From Gemmatimonadales bacterium (GTDB lineage Bacteria; Gemmatimonadota; Gemmatimonadetes; Gemmatimonadales; GWC2-71-9), in contig JBDSMX010000285.1 of assembly GCA_039915645.1 (NCBI GenBank), positions 238 to 64,237 of the forward strand: a DNA stretch of 64,000 nucleotides. Reading direction: 5' to 3'. This document shows positions 47,472 to 56,605 of this stretch, piece after piece. Under the pieces are notes generated by a model. The model was given only the letters and a program-made list of their open reading frames with translations. It had not been told where the DNA came from and searched no databases. How positions within the stretch are numbered: the stretch's first letter is position 1; each line of letters opens with the position of its first letter. The translations under genes were made by a program, and so were the position numbers.

Positions 47472-48673
47472 ATGACCCCCAACTCCTTGCCAATGGTGCC
47501 GAACGCGTCGAGTGCCTGATCGATCTGCGCCGGGGTATGAGTCGCCATGACGCTGGTGCGCAGGCGACACTGGGAGGGCGGCACGGCCGGCGGAACGACC
47601 GGATTGGTGAAGACGCCCGCATCGTAGAGCTTCCGCCAGAAGACGAAGGTCGTCTCGAGCGGTCCGATGAGCACCGGGATGATCGGTGTCTCGGTGGGGC
47701 CGATTTCGAAGCCGAGGTGGCGGAAGCCGTCGCGCAGGCGCCTGGCGTTCGCCCAGAGCGCATCGCGGCGCCACGGTTCCTGTTGCATCACTTCGAGGGC
47801 CGCGAGTACCCCGGCCGTGTTGGCCGGCGGCAGCGAGGCCGTGAAGATGAACGGCCGCGAGTGGTGCTTGAGGTAGTGGATCACGGACTCATCGGCGGCG
47901 ACGAAGCCACCGACCGATGCCAGCGACTTCGAGAACGTCCCGGCGACGATGTCGATCTCGTCCTGCAGGCCCCAATGTGACCCGGTGCCCTGTCCGTTGG
48001 GTCCCAGCACGCCGAGCGCGTGGGCGTCATCGACCGCGAGGGCCGCCCCGAAACGCTTGGCAATGCGTGACAGCTCCGGAATGTCGGCGATGTCCCCTTC
48101 CATCGAATACACGCCATCAACCATGATCATCGTGCCGTACCCGCTGGTATTTTGCTCCAGCAGGCGGCTGAGTTGCTCGAGGTCACCATGATCGAACCGC
48201 TGAGTCTCGCCGTAGGAAAGGCGGGCTCCATCAACGATGCAGGCGTGGTCGAGCTTGTCGAGGTAGACGGTTTCCTTGCGCTTGAGCAGGCCGGAGATCA
48301 GGCCGAGGTTGGCGCCGTAGCCGGTCGAGAAGACCAGGGCGGCCTCCTTCCCGAGAAAGCGGGCCAGCGACTCTTCGAGCTGCTCGTGGAGATCGAGGGA
48401 GCCGTTGAGGAAGCGCGAGCCGGTGCAACCCGCACCGTAGCGGTGCAGGGCCTTTTCGGCTGCTTCGAGCACCTGGGGATGATGGGTGAGCCCGAGATAG
48501 TTGTTCGAGCCCAGCATGATCCGCTTCTTCCCTTCGATGACGACGACGGTGTCTTCCGACTCCGAAATCGGCTTGAAGTACGGGTACATCCCGGCGGCCT
48601 GGATTTCGCGCGCCTGGGTGAAATTCCGGCACTTGTCGAAGAGTGCCACCTGGGTCTGGAGCGTTTCAGCCAC
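47468..48673 (-). CDS. spt: Serine palmitoyltransferase-like alpha-oxoamine synthase (PLP-dependent)
   Basis: 'GSNNYLGL', PLP-lysine block 'GTFSKSLASVGGFV', 'RPFIFTASLPPANTAG', 'HTPAQIDQAL' and the C-terminal 'GVI'. From memory these closely parallel the Sphingomonas SPT sequence. BioF or Kbl remain alternatives. Confidence 0.7.
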   Translation of the reverse strand: MAETLQTQVALFDKCRNFTQAREIQAAGMYPYFKPISESEDTVVVIEGKKRIMLGSNNYLGLTHHPQVLEAAEKALHRYGAGCTGSRFLNGSLDLHEQLEESLARFLGKEAALVFSTGYGANLGLISGLLKRKETVYLDKLDHACIVDGARLSYGETQRFDHGDLEQLSRLLEQNTSGYGTMIMVDGVYSMEGDIADIPELSRIAKRFGAALAVDDAHALGVLGPNGQGTGSHWGLQDEIDIVAGTFSKSLASVGGFVAADESVIHYLKHHSRPFIFTASLPPANTAGVLAALEVMQQEPWRRDALWANARRLRDGFRHLGFEIGPTETPIIPVLIGPLETTFVFWRKLYDAGVFTNPVVPPAVPPSQCRLRTSVMATHTPAQIDQALDAFGTIGKELGVI

Positions 48674-48746
48674 GGGCCCTCACAGAGCACGGGTGGATCT
48701 TGGGCAGGGAAACGCCCAAGTTTGCAAATGGCCAAGTGATGAAACT

Positions 48747-51023
48747 ATGACTCCCCCCCCACCGACACAAGGTAAAACCGCCCCGGGTAGCCCCGGGCGC
48801 GGCCTCCGGCATGGGCTGCTTCTGGTGCTGTTGGCGGCCGCCAGCTGGGCGGCTCCTGCCGGCGCCCAGTGGCCGCGCGCCAAGCTGGGTGAGTTCGAGG
48901 TTCGCGGCTTCGACATCCCCCGGGATGGCGCCTGGCGCCGCGAAGGCGCCCGGGTGCTTGAGGCCCGGCAGGCGCTCCTCCGGCAGGGCGCCTTCTCCCG
49001 CCTCAACGCCACGACCAGCTCCCGCCCCGCGGTGGCAGGCAATTACTTCATCGCGGTGGTCCCGATCGCGTTCCGCGATGTCGGGGCGCCATTTGGCGCA
49101 CCCCTCTATCAGGACCTCCTCTTCTCCTCAAATCCGGCGAGTCGCCCCTGGAGCCTCCGCACCTTTTACCAAGCACAATCCCGAGGGTTGCTCTCGCTCG
49201 ACGGCGTCGTCTTCGACTGGGTGCGGCTCGACAGCACGGCGGCCTGGTACGAGGACGGCTGCAACGGGATCGGAGTGCTGGCGCCGTGCCCGGCTCGGAG
49301 CCGTTCACGGATGGCTGATCTGTTGGTCACCGCGCTCGATTCGATTTCGCGGCCGAGCGGAGGTGACACGGTCTGGAATCGCTTCGACAATGACGGGCCG
49401 GACGGAGTGCCGAATTCCGGCGACGACGATGGCGTGGTAGATCTGGTGACCTTCCTGCAGCCGAAAGTGGATGGTGCCTGTGGTACCGACGCGATCTGGG
49501 CACATCGTTACCAGATCGCTGGCTGGAACGGCGGCCAGGCGTACGTCACACGCACCCCGCGCCGGGGGAGCAACGGGCAGCCGATCCCGGGACAATTCCT
49601 GCGAGTCAACTCCTACACCATCCAGTCGGGGCAGGGCGGCAACACGGCTTGCACCGCCGGGCAGATCATGCCGATCGGCACGGTTGCCCACGAGACGGGA
49701 CACGCCTTCGGACTCCCCGACCTCTACGACACCGACGCCTCGTCCGGGACCGAGGGGATCGGCGAGTGGGGACTGATGGGCAGTGGCAACTATGCGCGGC
49801 CGTACTCGCCCGGGTCGTTCGATGGCTGGTCGCTCACGCAGCTCGGCTGGGTCGTCGTGGACTCCGTGCCGAACACCCGCACCACCACCACGGCATCGGT
49901 GCAATCGAGCGACACCGTCTTCTACGCCTCCACGGCATCTTCGGCGCGATACCTCCTGCTCGAGAATCGTCAGCGAGAGGGAACCGACACGGCGATGATG
50001 AATCCGGCCTTCGTCCGTCCCAAGGGACCCGGACTACTCATCTGGCTCGTCAATGACGGCCGGATCGACGCCGGCCGCGCTCCAAACACCGTGAACACCG
50101 GTGCCGAGCAGGGACTCTCTCTGATGCAGGCGGATGGCCGCAACCAGCTGCGCTCCAACATCAATGGGGTCAAGAACCGCGGCGATCCCGGGGATCCATT
50201 CCCCGGGACCACCTTGAATCACGACTTCGGCCTGATGGGAGTCGCGCCTGCTGTCGATTACAGCGGTGCCCCGCTCGGTGTCCGGATCGACGGCATCACC
50301 GCACTCGCCGACGGTCGCGTCCGCTTTCGGTATGTCCGTCGTGCCGCCTCGCTCATCGCCTCGCGAACTCCCCTGGCCAAGGTTCGTGTCAACGCATTCT
50401 TCGCGTCGAGCATCGTCGAGATCTTTGCGACCGGCGATACCCTCGCGCTCTCTGCCGATTCGGTGCAGACCACGAGTGATGGACGCAGTGGTGCCCGCTT
50501 CCGGAATTGGAGCGACGGTGGCGCGCGTGTCCATCAGGTCATCGCGCGGGCGGGTGCTCCCGACACCATCTTCGCCGACTTCGCGCTGGCGCATCGGGTG
50601 CGCCTCATCGCGGCTGGTCCGGGTACGGTGACTGCCTCACTGCAGGGTGACCCAGTCACCGGCATCTTCGCCGATGCGGGTACGGTCGTCCGGGTGACCG
50701 CCCTCGCGCCGGCCGGCGTCGAATTCCTCGGCTGGCGCGGTGATACGACGACGACGGCGACCGTGCTCGATCTGCCAATCAATCACCCGTTCGACCTGGT
50801 CGCCGATTTCGTGAGTATTGCCTCGGTCGATGCCGCGGCCGCCGCACGGGCACTCCTCGGTGGCGCTCCGCTCGATCAAGCGGCGCGACTCTATCTGGAT
50901 GCGACCGGAAATCGCAACGGCAGCTTCGATGTCGGGGACTACCTCGCCTGGCTCCGTCGCACCGGTCAGCGGGTACCACCCGCCCTGTTGGGCATCGGCG
51001 CTCACACCGGGGTGACGCGATGA
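48747..51023 (+). CDS. Secreted M6-family (immune inhibitor A-like) zinc metalloprotease with a C-terminal dockerin/EF-hand-like loop
   Basis: Signal peptide 'LLLVLLAAASWAAPAGAQ', zinc site 'AHETGHAFGLPDLYD', and C-terminal 'DATGNRNGSFDVGDYLAWL'. Confidence 0.85.
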   Translation: MTPPPPTQGKTAPGSPGRGLRHGLLLVLLAAASWAAPAGAQWPRAKLGEFEVRGFDIPRDGAWRREGARVLEARQALLRQGAFSRLNATTSSRPAVAGNYFIAVVPIAFRDVGAPFGAPLYQDLLFSSNPASRPWSLRTFYQAQSRGLLSLDGVVFDWVRLDSTAAWYEDGCNGIGVLAPCPARSRSRMADLLVTALDSISRPSGGDTVWNRFDNDGPDGVPNSGDDDGVVDLVTFLQPKVDGACGTDAIWAHRYQIAGWNGGQAYVTRTPRRGSNGQPIPGQFLRVNSYTIQSGQGGNTACTAGQIMPIGTVAHETGHAFGLPDLYDTDASSGTEGIGEWGLMGSGNYARPYSPGSFDGWSLTQLGWVVVDSVPNTRTTTTASVQSSDTVFYASTASSARYLLLENRQREGTDTAMMNPAFVRPKGPGLLIWLVNDGRIDAGRAPNTVNTGAEQGLSLMQADGRNQLRSNINGVKNRGDPGDPFPGTTLNHDFGLMGVAPAVDYSGAPLGVRIDGITALADGRVRFRYVRRAASLIASRTPLAKVRVNAFFASSIVEIFATGDTLALSADSVQTTSDGRSGARFRNWSDGGARVHQVIARAGAPDTIFADFALAHRVRLIAAGPGTVTASLQGDPVTGIFADAGTVVRVTALAPAGVEFLGWRGDTTTTATVLDLPINHPFDLVADFVSIASVDAAAAARALLGGAPLDQAARLYLDATGNRNGSFDVGDYLAWLRRTGQRVPPALLGIGAHTGVTR

Positions 51024-51409
51024 CCTGGCGCCGCACGCTTCTGCTCCTTTCGCTCGTGCTGGCAGCCTGTGGCGGCGACTCCACCGCGCCGACGAAGCCC
51101 GGCACACTCACGCTGCGACTCGCCACGCCCAACAGCAACGACGGAGCCCTGGTCGTGGTCGTCAGTGGCGGCGTCGTGACGGCCGTCCACCCCGCGGGGA
51201 ATCTCGAGGTGACTCGCCAGGTCGACGGTGCGGGAACTCACCTTCTGCTGGTGGGTGATCTGGCGGAGGGAATCATCGCGACCATCGACGTGCCCGACAT
51301 CGCGCACGCGAGTGCCTATGTTGCCGTGGTGGAACAGGCGGCCGATCGCACCACCTTTGCGCTGCTCGATCCGGCGGCATATCGCATCACCATCGTTCCC
51401 GCTCCCTGA
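51020..51409 (+). CDS. Small lipoprotein, unknown function
   Basis: 'MTWRRTLLLLSLVLAACGG' lipobox. ATGA overlap with the protease gene. Confidence 0.65.
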   Translation: MTWRRTLLLLSLVLAACGGDSTAPTKPGTLTLRLATPNSNDGALVVVVSGGVVTAVHPAGNLEVTRQVDGAGTHLLLVGDLAEGIIATIDVPDIAHASAYVAVVEQAADRTTFALLDPAAYRITIVPAP

Positions 51410-51442
51410 GGCGCGGCTGGCCCGCGAGGAACAATCCCCTAC

Positions 51443-52843
51443 GTGAGTAATCCCAGGGTGGTGGTCGTTGGTGGCGGCGTCGCGGGCTTGCTCGCGGCAC
51501 TCCAGCTTCGCGATCTCGGTATCGAGGTGGTTCTGCTCGAGGCATCGGCCAGTGTAGGCGGGGTGATCAGGACGGTGCACCGCGATGGCTGGATCGCCGA
51601 ATCGGGACCCAACACCCTCGCGGAACCCGACCCGGCAGTGCGAACACTGCTCGACGCCACCGGGCTCGCCTCGCGAACACTTCGGGCGGATCCGCGCAAC
51701 GCGCGCCGATTTCTCGTGCATCAGGGAAAGCTGGTCGCGGTGCCGAAATCGGTGGGTGAGCTGATCTCCTGGCCGGTGCTCTCGACTGCGGGTCGGATGC
51801 GACTCCTCAAGGAACCATTCATCAAGGCGGCGCCTTCCGGCATCGAGGAGAGCGTCGATGCTTTCGTGCGTCGTCGTCTCGGCGAAGAAATGGCCGAACG
51901 CGTTTTCGATCCGCTGATTGGCGGTGCCAGCGCAGGCGATCCCACTCAGGTCCTGATGCGCTACGCCTTCCCGCGACTCGTGGAATGGGAGCAGGCCGGC
52001 GGATCATTGTTGCGTGGTTCGATGAGAGTGGGGATGGAGGCGCGACGAAAGGCAGGGAAGGGGCGTTCGGCGCCGGGTGGTGTCTGGTCGTGCCCCGAGG
52101 GGCTGGCGGAAATTCCGTTCCACATCGCCGAGCGTCTCGGCGGAATTGTTCGCAGTGGGATCACGGTGTCGGCGATTGAACCGTGCGGGCGTGAGTACGA
52201 CGTGGTGACCCTCGAGGGCCAGCGCGAACGAGTACAGGGTGTCGTGCTGGCGACGCCTGCTGCTGCATTCCGTACTCTGCGCGTCGGAGTTTCGGGGGCG
52301 GATGTCCTCTCGGAGATCGCAGCGGCACCCCATGCCTCGCTCGCCACGGTCTCGCTCGGATTCAGGCGCGCCGATGTTGCTCATGCGCTCGATGGCTATG
52401 GCCTGCTGGCCCCGTCGGCTGAACGCCGCAATCTCCTCGGCACCCTCTTCGTCTCCTCGCTCTTCGCCGGAAGGACACCAGACGATCATGTCCTCCTGAC
52501 CAGCTTCATCGGCGGCGCGCGACGTGAGGATCTCGTCGGTCGGCCGGAGGGAGAACTGGTTGACCTCGTGAGTCGTGAACTCCGCGATCTGGTTGGCACC
52601 ACCGCACCGTCGGTGTTCCAGTCGGTCGCCCGGTGGCCCTCGAGTCAGCCCCAAGCGGTCGCGGGCCACGGCGCACGGCTCGCGGGCGTTGCTGCACTCG
52701 AAGCGGAGTGTCGCGGGCTGGTCTTCGCTGGAGGGTGGCGCGATGGCCTCGCGCTTGGCGAGGCGATGCGCTGCGGGCGAACGGCCGCAGTGCGGCTCGC
52801 GGTGGGGATGGGGTGGGCGGGGGCCGAAGCGACCCCCGCTTGA
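51443..52843 (+). CDS. hemY: Protoporphyrinogen/coproporphyrinogen oxidase (FAD, HemY family)
   Basis: GTG start. 'VVVVGGGVAGLLAA...VLLEASASVGGVIRT' FAD fold and the 466-aa length are typical of HemY. Confidence 0.85.
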   Translation: MSNPRVVVVGGGVAGLLAALQLRDLGIEVVLLEASASVGGVIRTVHRDGWIAESGPNTLAEPDPAVRTLLDATGLASRTLRADPRNARRFLVHQGKLVAVPKSVGELISWPVLSTAGRMRLLKEPFIKAAPSGIEESVDAFVRRRLGEEMAERVFDPLIGGASAGDPTQVLMRYAFPRLVEWEQAGGSLLRGSMRVGMEARRKAGKGRSAPGGVWSCPEGLAEIPFHIAERLGGIVRSGITVSAIEPCGREYDVVTLEGQRERVQGVVLATPAAAFRTLRVGVSGADVLSEIAAAPHASLATVSLGFRRADVAHALDGYGLLAPSAERRNLLGTLFVSSLFAGRTPDDHVLLTSFIGGARREDLVGRPEGELVDLVSRELRDLVGTTAPSVFQSVARWPSSQPQAVAGHGARLAGVAALEAECRGLVFAGGWRDGLALGEAMRCGRTAAVRLAVGMGWAGAEATPA

Positions 52844-52883
52844 AGCAAACGTCCAACACACTTCACTTGAAGGAGCTGGGTCG

Positions 52884-54224
52884 ATGACGAAGCGAGACGT
52901 GCGTCACTGGTATCTGGGTGTCATGGCTGCAGCGGTCGCGGCGTGCGGCGGCAACAGTCGCCCCGCGACGACGGCTGCCACGGCATCGCCGGTTGCCGAG
53001 GAGGCGCTGGTCGCCAAGGCCCGCGGAATTCATCAGCGGGTGATGACCCTCGACACGCATGTGGATATCGCTCCGGGCAATTTCCGCAAGGACACACTCA
53101 ATTACGCCCAGAAGCTGCCCCGCACTCAGGTCGACCTGGTGAAGATGGAGGAAGGCGGGCTCGACGCGGCGTTCCTCATCGTCTATGTCGGCCAGTCGCC
53201 GCAGCTCGACAGCGCCGGATTCGCGCGCGCCAACGCGCAAGCGATGGAGAAGTTCAAGGCGATTCATCGACTGACCGAGGAGATCGCCCCGGAGAAGGCC
53301 GGACTGGCGCTCACCGCCGATGATGCGCGCCGGATCTATGCCAGCGGCCGGAAGGTGATCTTCATCGGGATCGAGAACGGCTTCTCGATGGGGACCGACA
53401 TCACCAACGTCCAGCGCTTCCATGATCTGGGCGGTCGCTACATGTCGCTGGCGCACAACGGACACAGCCAGCTGAGTGATTCCAATACTGGTGAGCGCGA
53501 CAATGTCTGGATGTGGCATGGCCTGTCGCCACTGGGAAAGCAGGTCATCCCCGAGATGAATCGGGTCGGGATGATGATTGACATCTCCCATCCCTCGAAG
53601 GAATCGATGATGCAGACGCTGCAGATCACCAGGGCGCCGATCATCGCCTCGCATTCGGGGGTCCGCGCGATCTGCAATGTCTCGCGCAACCTTGACGACG
53701 AACAGCTCAGGGCGCTCGCGAAGAACGGTGGCGTCGCGCAGCTGGTCGCCTTCACCGGGTACGTGAAGTGCGATCCGGCGCGCGACGCCCTCCGGGCGGA
53801 TGCCATCGCGGATCTGCGCAAGGAGTTCGGCATCAGCGCGACCGGCTTCCAGCAGATCAGCGCCGCGATCTCGGCCCTGCCGGAGGAGAAGCGGAATGCC
53901 TACCTCTCGCGCCAGGAAGACATCAACAACCGGCGCTATCCGCAGGAGACGCCCGCCAGCGTCAAGGAGTTCGTTGACCATATCGATTACGCCGTGAAGC
54001 TGATCGGCATCGACCACATCGGCATTGCGTCCGACTTCGATGGCGGCGGGGGAGTGACCGGCTGGCGCTCGGCGTCCGAGACGTTCAACGTCACCCTCGA
54101 GCTGGTGCGACGCGGGTACACCGAAGAGCAGATCGGCAAGATCTGGAGCGGCAACCTGCTCCGGGTGCTCGGCGAGGTGGAGCAGGTGGCGAAGCGGATG
54201 CAGCGGGAGAAGCGACCCGGCTGA
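52884..54224 (+). CDS. Membrane dipeptidase (peptidase M19), lipoprotein
   Basis: AGGAG lies 8 nt upstream of ATG 52884. Lipobox 'AAVAACGG'. M19 blocks 'LDTHVD', 'MIDISHPS', 'IASHSGVRAICNVSRNLDDEQL' and 'IGIASDFDGGGG'. Confidence 0.9.
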   Translation: MTKRDVRHWYLGVMAAAVAACGGNSRPATTAATASPVAEEALVAKARGIHQRVMTLDTHVDIAPGNFRKDTLNYAQKLPRTQVDLVKMEEGGLDAAFLIVYVGQSPQLDSAGFARANAQAMEKFKAIHRLTEEIAPEKAGLALTADDARRIYASGRKVIFIGIENGFSMGTDITNVQRFHDLGGRYMSLAHNGHSQLSDSNTGERDNVWMWHGLSPLGKQVIPEMNRVGMMIDISHPSKESMMQTLQITRAPIIASHSGVRAICNVSRNLDDEQLRALAKNGGVAQLVAFTGYVKCDPARDALRADAIADLRKEFGISATGFQQISAAISALPEEKRNAYLSRQEDINNRRYPQETPASVKEFVDHIDYAVKLIGIDHIGIASDFDGGGGVTGWRSASETFNVTLELVRRGYTEEQIGKIWSGNLLRVLGEVEQVAKRMQREKRPG

Positions 54225-54235
54225 CCCCTGCGCCG

Positions 54236-55093
54236 TCAGCGAGGACGCCGTGGCATCTCGTGCGGGAGCTCGCCGAGCCCGAAATACTGGTGCGTGAGAC
54301 CGGTATCGGTGATGGTGACGAGTCGGATGCCGCTCTGGATGCCGCCGAATGGCATTCCGACCGGACCCGTCGTCACCATTTCGATTTCCCCATCTCGCGC
54401 AACCGCATTCTGGTGGTAGTGCCCCGAGAAGAGCGCCTCGACGCCGAATTTATGAAAGAGGGCGAGGTAGCGGGCACGGTGGGCCAGCGGAATGTTGAAG
54501 TACTGGTCCGGCTCGCCTGGCGAAGTGAGGAACCACGGGTGATGCTGGAAGATCAGGACGTGGCGGACATTGGCCGCTCGCGCCTTGGCCAGCTCGCCAT
54601 CGAGCCACCGCTCCTGAGCGGCAAATTCGGCGGGCGTGCTCACGGCGGAGTCGATCACCACCGAATTCAGCACGATGCCTGTCAGGTCACCGGAGCGGAA
54701 GGTGTAGTGATCCGGTCCGAAGCGATCCGTGTAGCGGCGGATTGTCGCCGGCGTCGGCGTATTCCCGACGTCGTGATTCCCGGCGACGTTGTAGAGCGGG
54801 ATTCGTTTGTCGAGTTTCCGCGCGATGCGCCAGAACTCGGCCACCTGCGTCGGGTCGCCCGGCTTGTTGATCAGGTCGCCGGTGATCACCACGAATTCCG
54901 GCTTGAGGCGGTTCGCCGTGGCGATCACCATTTCGAAATTCGCCGTCTCCTGCACGAAGTTGGAATCCTTCGCGAACATGCCGAACTGCGGGTCGCTCGC
55001 CACCATAAAGAATCGCGGCGGGGTCGCAGGAGTGGCGAGGACCGGGCCGCCGAAGGCGAGCAGGCAGCTGAGCGCATACTGGAAGAGGTTCAT
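54236..55093 (-). CDS. Calcineurin-like metallophosphoesterase, secreted
   Basis: 'FVVITGDLINKPGD', 'VAGNHDVGN' and 'LIFQHHPWF'. ATG 55093 gives the signal peptide 'MNLFQYALSCLLAFGGPVLA'. Confidence 0.85.
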   Translation of the reverse strand: MNLFQYALSCLLAFGGPVLATPATPPRFFMVASDPQFGMFAKDSNFVQETANFEMVIATANRLKPEFVVITGDLINKPGDPTQVAEFWRIARKLDKRIPLYNVAGNHDVGNTPTPATIRRYTDRFGPDHYTFRSGDLTGIVLNSVVIDSAVSTPAEFAAQERWLDGELAKARAANVRHVLIFQHHPWFLTSPGEPDQYFNIPLAHRARYLALFHKFGVEALFSGHYHQNAVARDGEIEMVTTGPVGMPFGGIQSGIRLVTITDTGLTHQYFGLGELPHEMPRRPR

Positions 55094-55102
55094 TCGGTGA
55101 AA

Positions 55103-55883
55103 ATGGCAGAAGTGCACGCGGGGGGCCAGAGGCGCATCGTGATCACGGCGCCCGCTACCGCTTTCCCTGGGCTGGAGGCACAATTCCTCGGGCTGCCGGT
55201 AAATCTCCGTCGGCAGCCTTTGCTGGAGGTCGATGTGCAACCGATCTCTCGAGACTCGATGCAGCCCTGGCGCAGCGGGAGTCGGTCCACGCGATCGTGT
55301 GCGTCTCACCGCGAGCCGCTTCCGTGCTGGCAACGCATTGGCCCCATCCGTCGGGAGTCGAAGCGCCATCGATCTGGACGCTGGGCGTCGTCGACAACTC
55401 GCCGCTCAAGAGGATCACCGACCACATCGTCTCGTTTCCTGGTGATCCGCTCGATCCATCGCTGGCAGCTGCGCTCATCGCGCAGATGCTCGGCGCCGGA
55501 GTGCGTGGGCGGGTGCTCTGCATCCTCGGAGACCCCGACCTGCCGGATGTCGCCTCGCGTCTCACCGACGCCGGCGTGCAGGTCGACACCGTGGCTGTCT
55601 ATCGCGCCGAATTGGTGAGCGATGTGGAACTGCTGGCGACACTGGAACGCGCCGAGGTGCTGGTGGTCGCGAGTCCGGGCGTCGTGGATGCGCTGGTCTC
55701 GCAGGGGAGGACGCGCAACTACCCGCATGGGTCGCCGTGGGGAGACCGACGGCCGAGCGATGTCGTCAGGGCCAAGTGCCGCTGATTGCTGTCGCGGATG
55801 ATGCCACGACCGCGCGAGTGGCATCCGCAGTGCTGGAGGCGCTTTCGATCCGGTTCGGACTGCAACCTCGGGGCCGGGTGTAA
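55103..55883 (+). pseudogene. hemD: Uroporphyrinogen-III synthase (hemD) interrupted by two single-nucleotide frameshifts
   Basis: Three consecutive HemD-like segments lie in three different frames. Frame 2: 'MAEVHAGGQRRIVITAPA...QPLLEVDVQP' (55103 to about 55243). Frame 1: 'DLSRLDAALAQRESVHAIVCVSPRAASVL...VAVYRAEL...VLVVASPGVVDALVSQ' (about 55243-55707). Frame 0: 'QLPAWVAVGRPTAERCRQGQVPLIAVADDATTARVASAVLEAL', stop at 55881-55883. The restored length is about 260 aa. Confidence 0.65.
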
Positions 55884-55938
55884 GCCGTTCTGCCTGAGTC
55901 GTCTCTGGAGCGAAGGCTTACTTCATCTGGAGACATGG

Positions 55939-56514
55939 ATGCGAAATCTCTTTCGCGCACTATTGGTAATCGGCGCACTGGCACCGCTGCATGCGGCGTC
56001 GGCACAAACCACCTTCGGCATCAAGGGCGGCCTCTCGTTCGCCACCCTCTCGAACAAGCATCCTGATTGGGACAATCGCACCGGCTTCGCGGCCGGCGTC
56101 GCGCTTGACATGCGTGCCGGCCCGATCGGCATCCAGCCGGAAGTGCTTTACGTCCAGAAGGGCGTGAAGAGCGACGGCTCGCCTGACTCAGATGCGCCGA
56201 AGCTCGACTACATCGAGGTACCCATCCTGCTCAAGGTCACCATCCCGATTCCGGCGATTCAACCGTTCGTGTATGCCGGACCGTCGATCGGCTTTCGGCT
56301 CACCTGCAAAGTCGGCGAGATCGATTGCGATTCGGACGCCGTGAAGAGCACTGACTTCGGTGCGGCGCTGGGTGGTGGTATCCGGCTCGGTGGCAACAAG
56401 GGGATCACCCTCGAGGGCCGCTACATGTGGGGCCTGAAGGACCTCAACAAGCTCAATTCTGGGGTGGAGACCAAGACGCGGACCTTCCTCGTGATGGCCG
56501 GCGTTTCGTTGTGA
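55939..56514 (+). CDS. Small outer-membrane beta-barrel protein (OmpA-beta-barrel/OmpW/PorT-like)
   Basis: Signal peptide 'MRNLFRALLVIGALAPLHAASAQ'. Alternating beta-strand pattern, ending in the aromatic-free 'FLVMAGVSL'. 191 aa. Confidence 0.75.
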   Translation: MRNLFRALLVIGALAPLHAASAQTTFGIKGGLSFATLSNKHPDWDNRTGFAAGVALDMRAGPIGIQPEVLYVQKGVKSDGSPDSDAPKLDYIEVPILLKVTIPIPAIQPFVYAGPSIGFRLTCKVGEIDCDSDAVKSTDFGAALGGGIRLGGNKGITLEGRYMWGLKDLNKLNSGVETKTRTFLVMAGVSL

Positions 56515-56605
56515 ATCTGCAGGGATAGGGGCGGGGGCCAACGCGGAACACGATTCGCGCGTACCATTCAGGTTGTCCCCCTCCCATATCTCCTGGAGTC
56601 GTTCC

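Noticed and set aside
48674-48746. TTGCAA (48722-48727), 17 nt, then CTATGA as a promoter producing a leaderless protease mRNA
   Set aside because: The -10 hexamer is poor and overlaps the start codon. The evidence is too weak to report as a feature.
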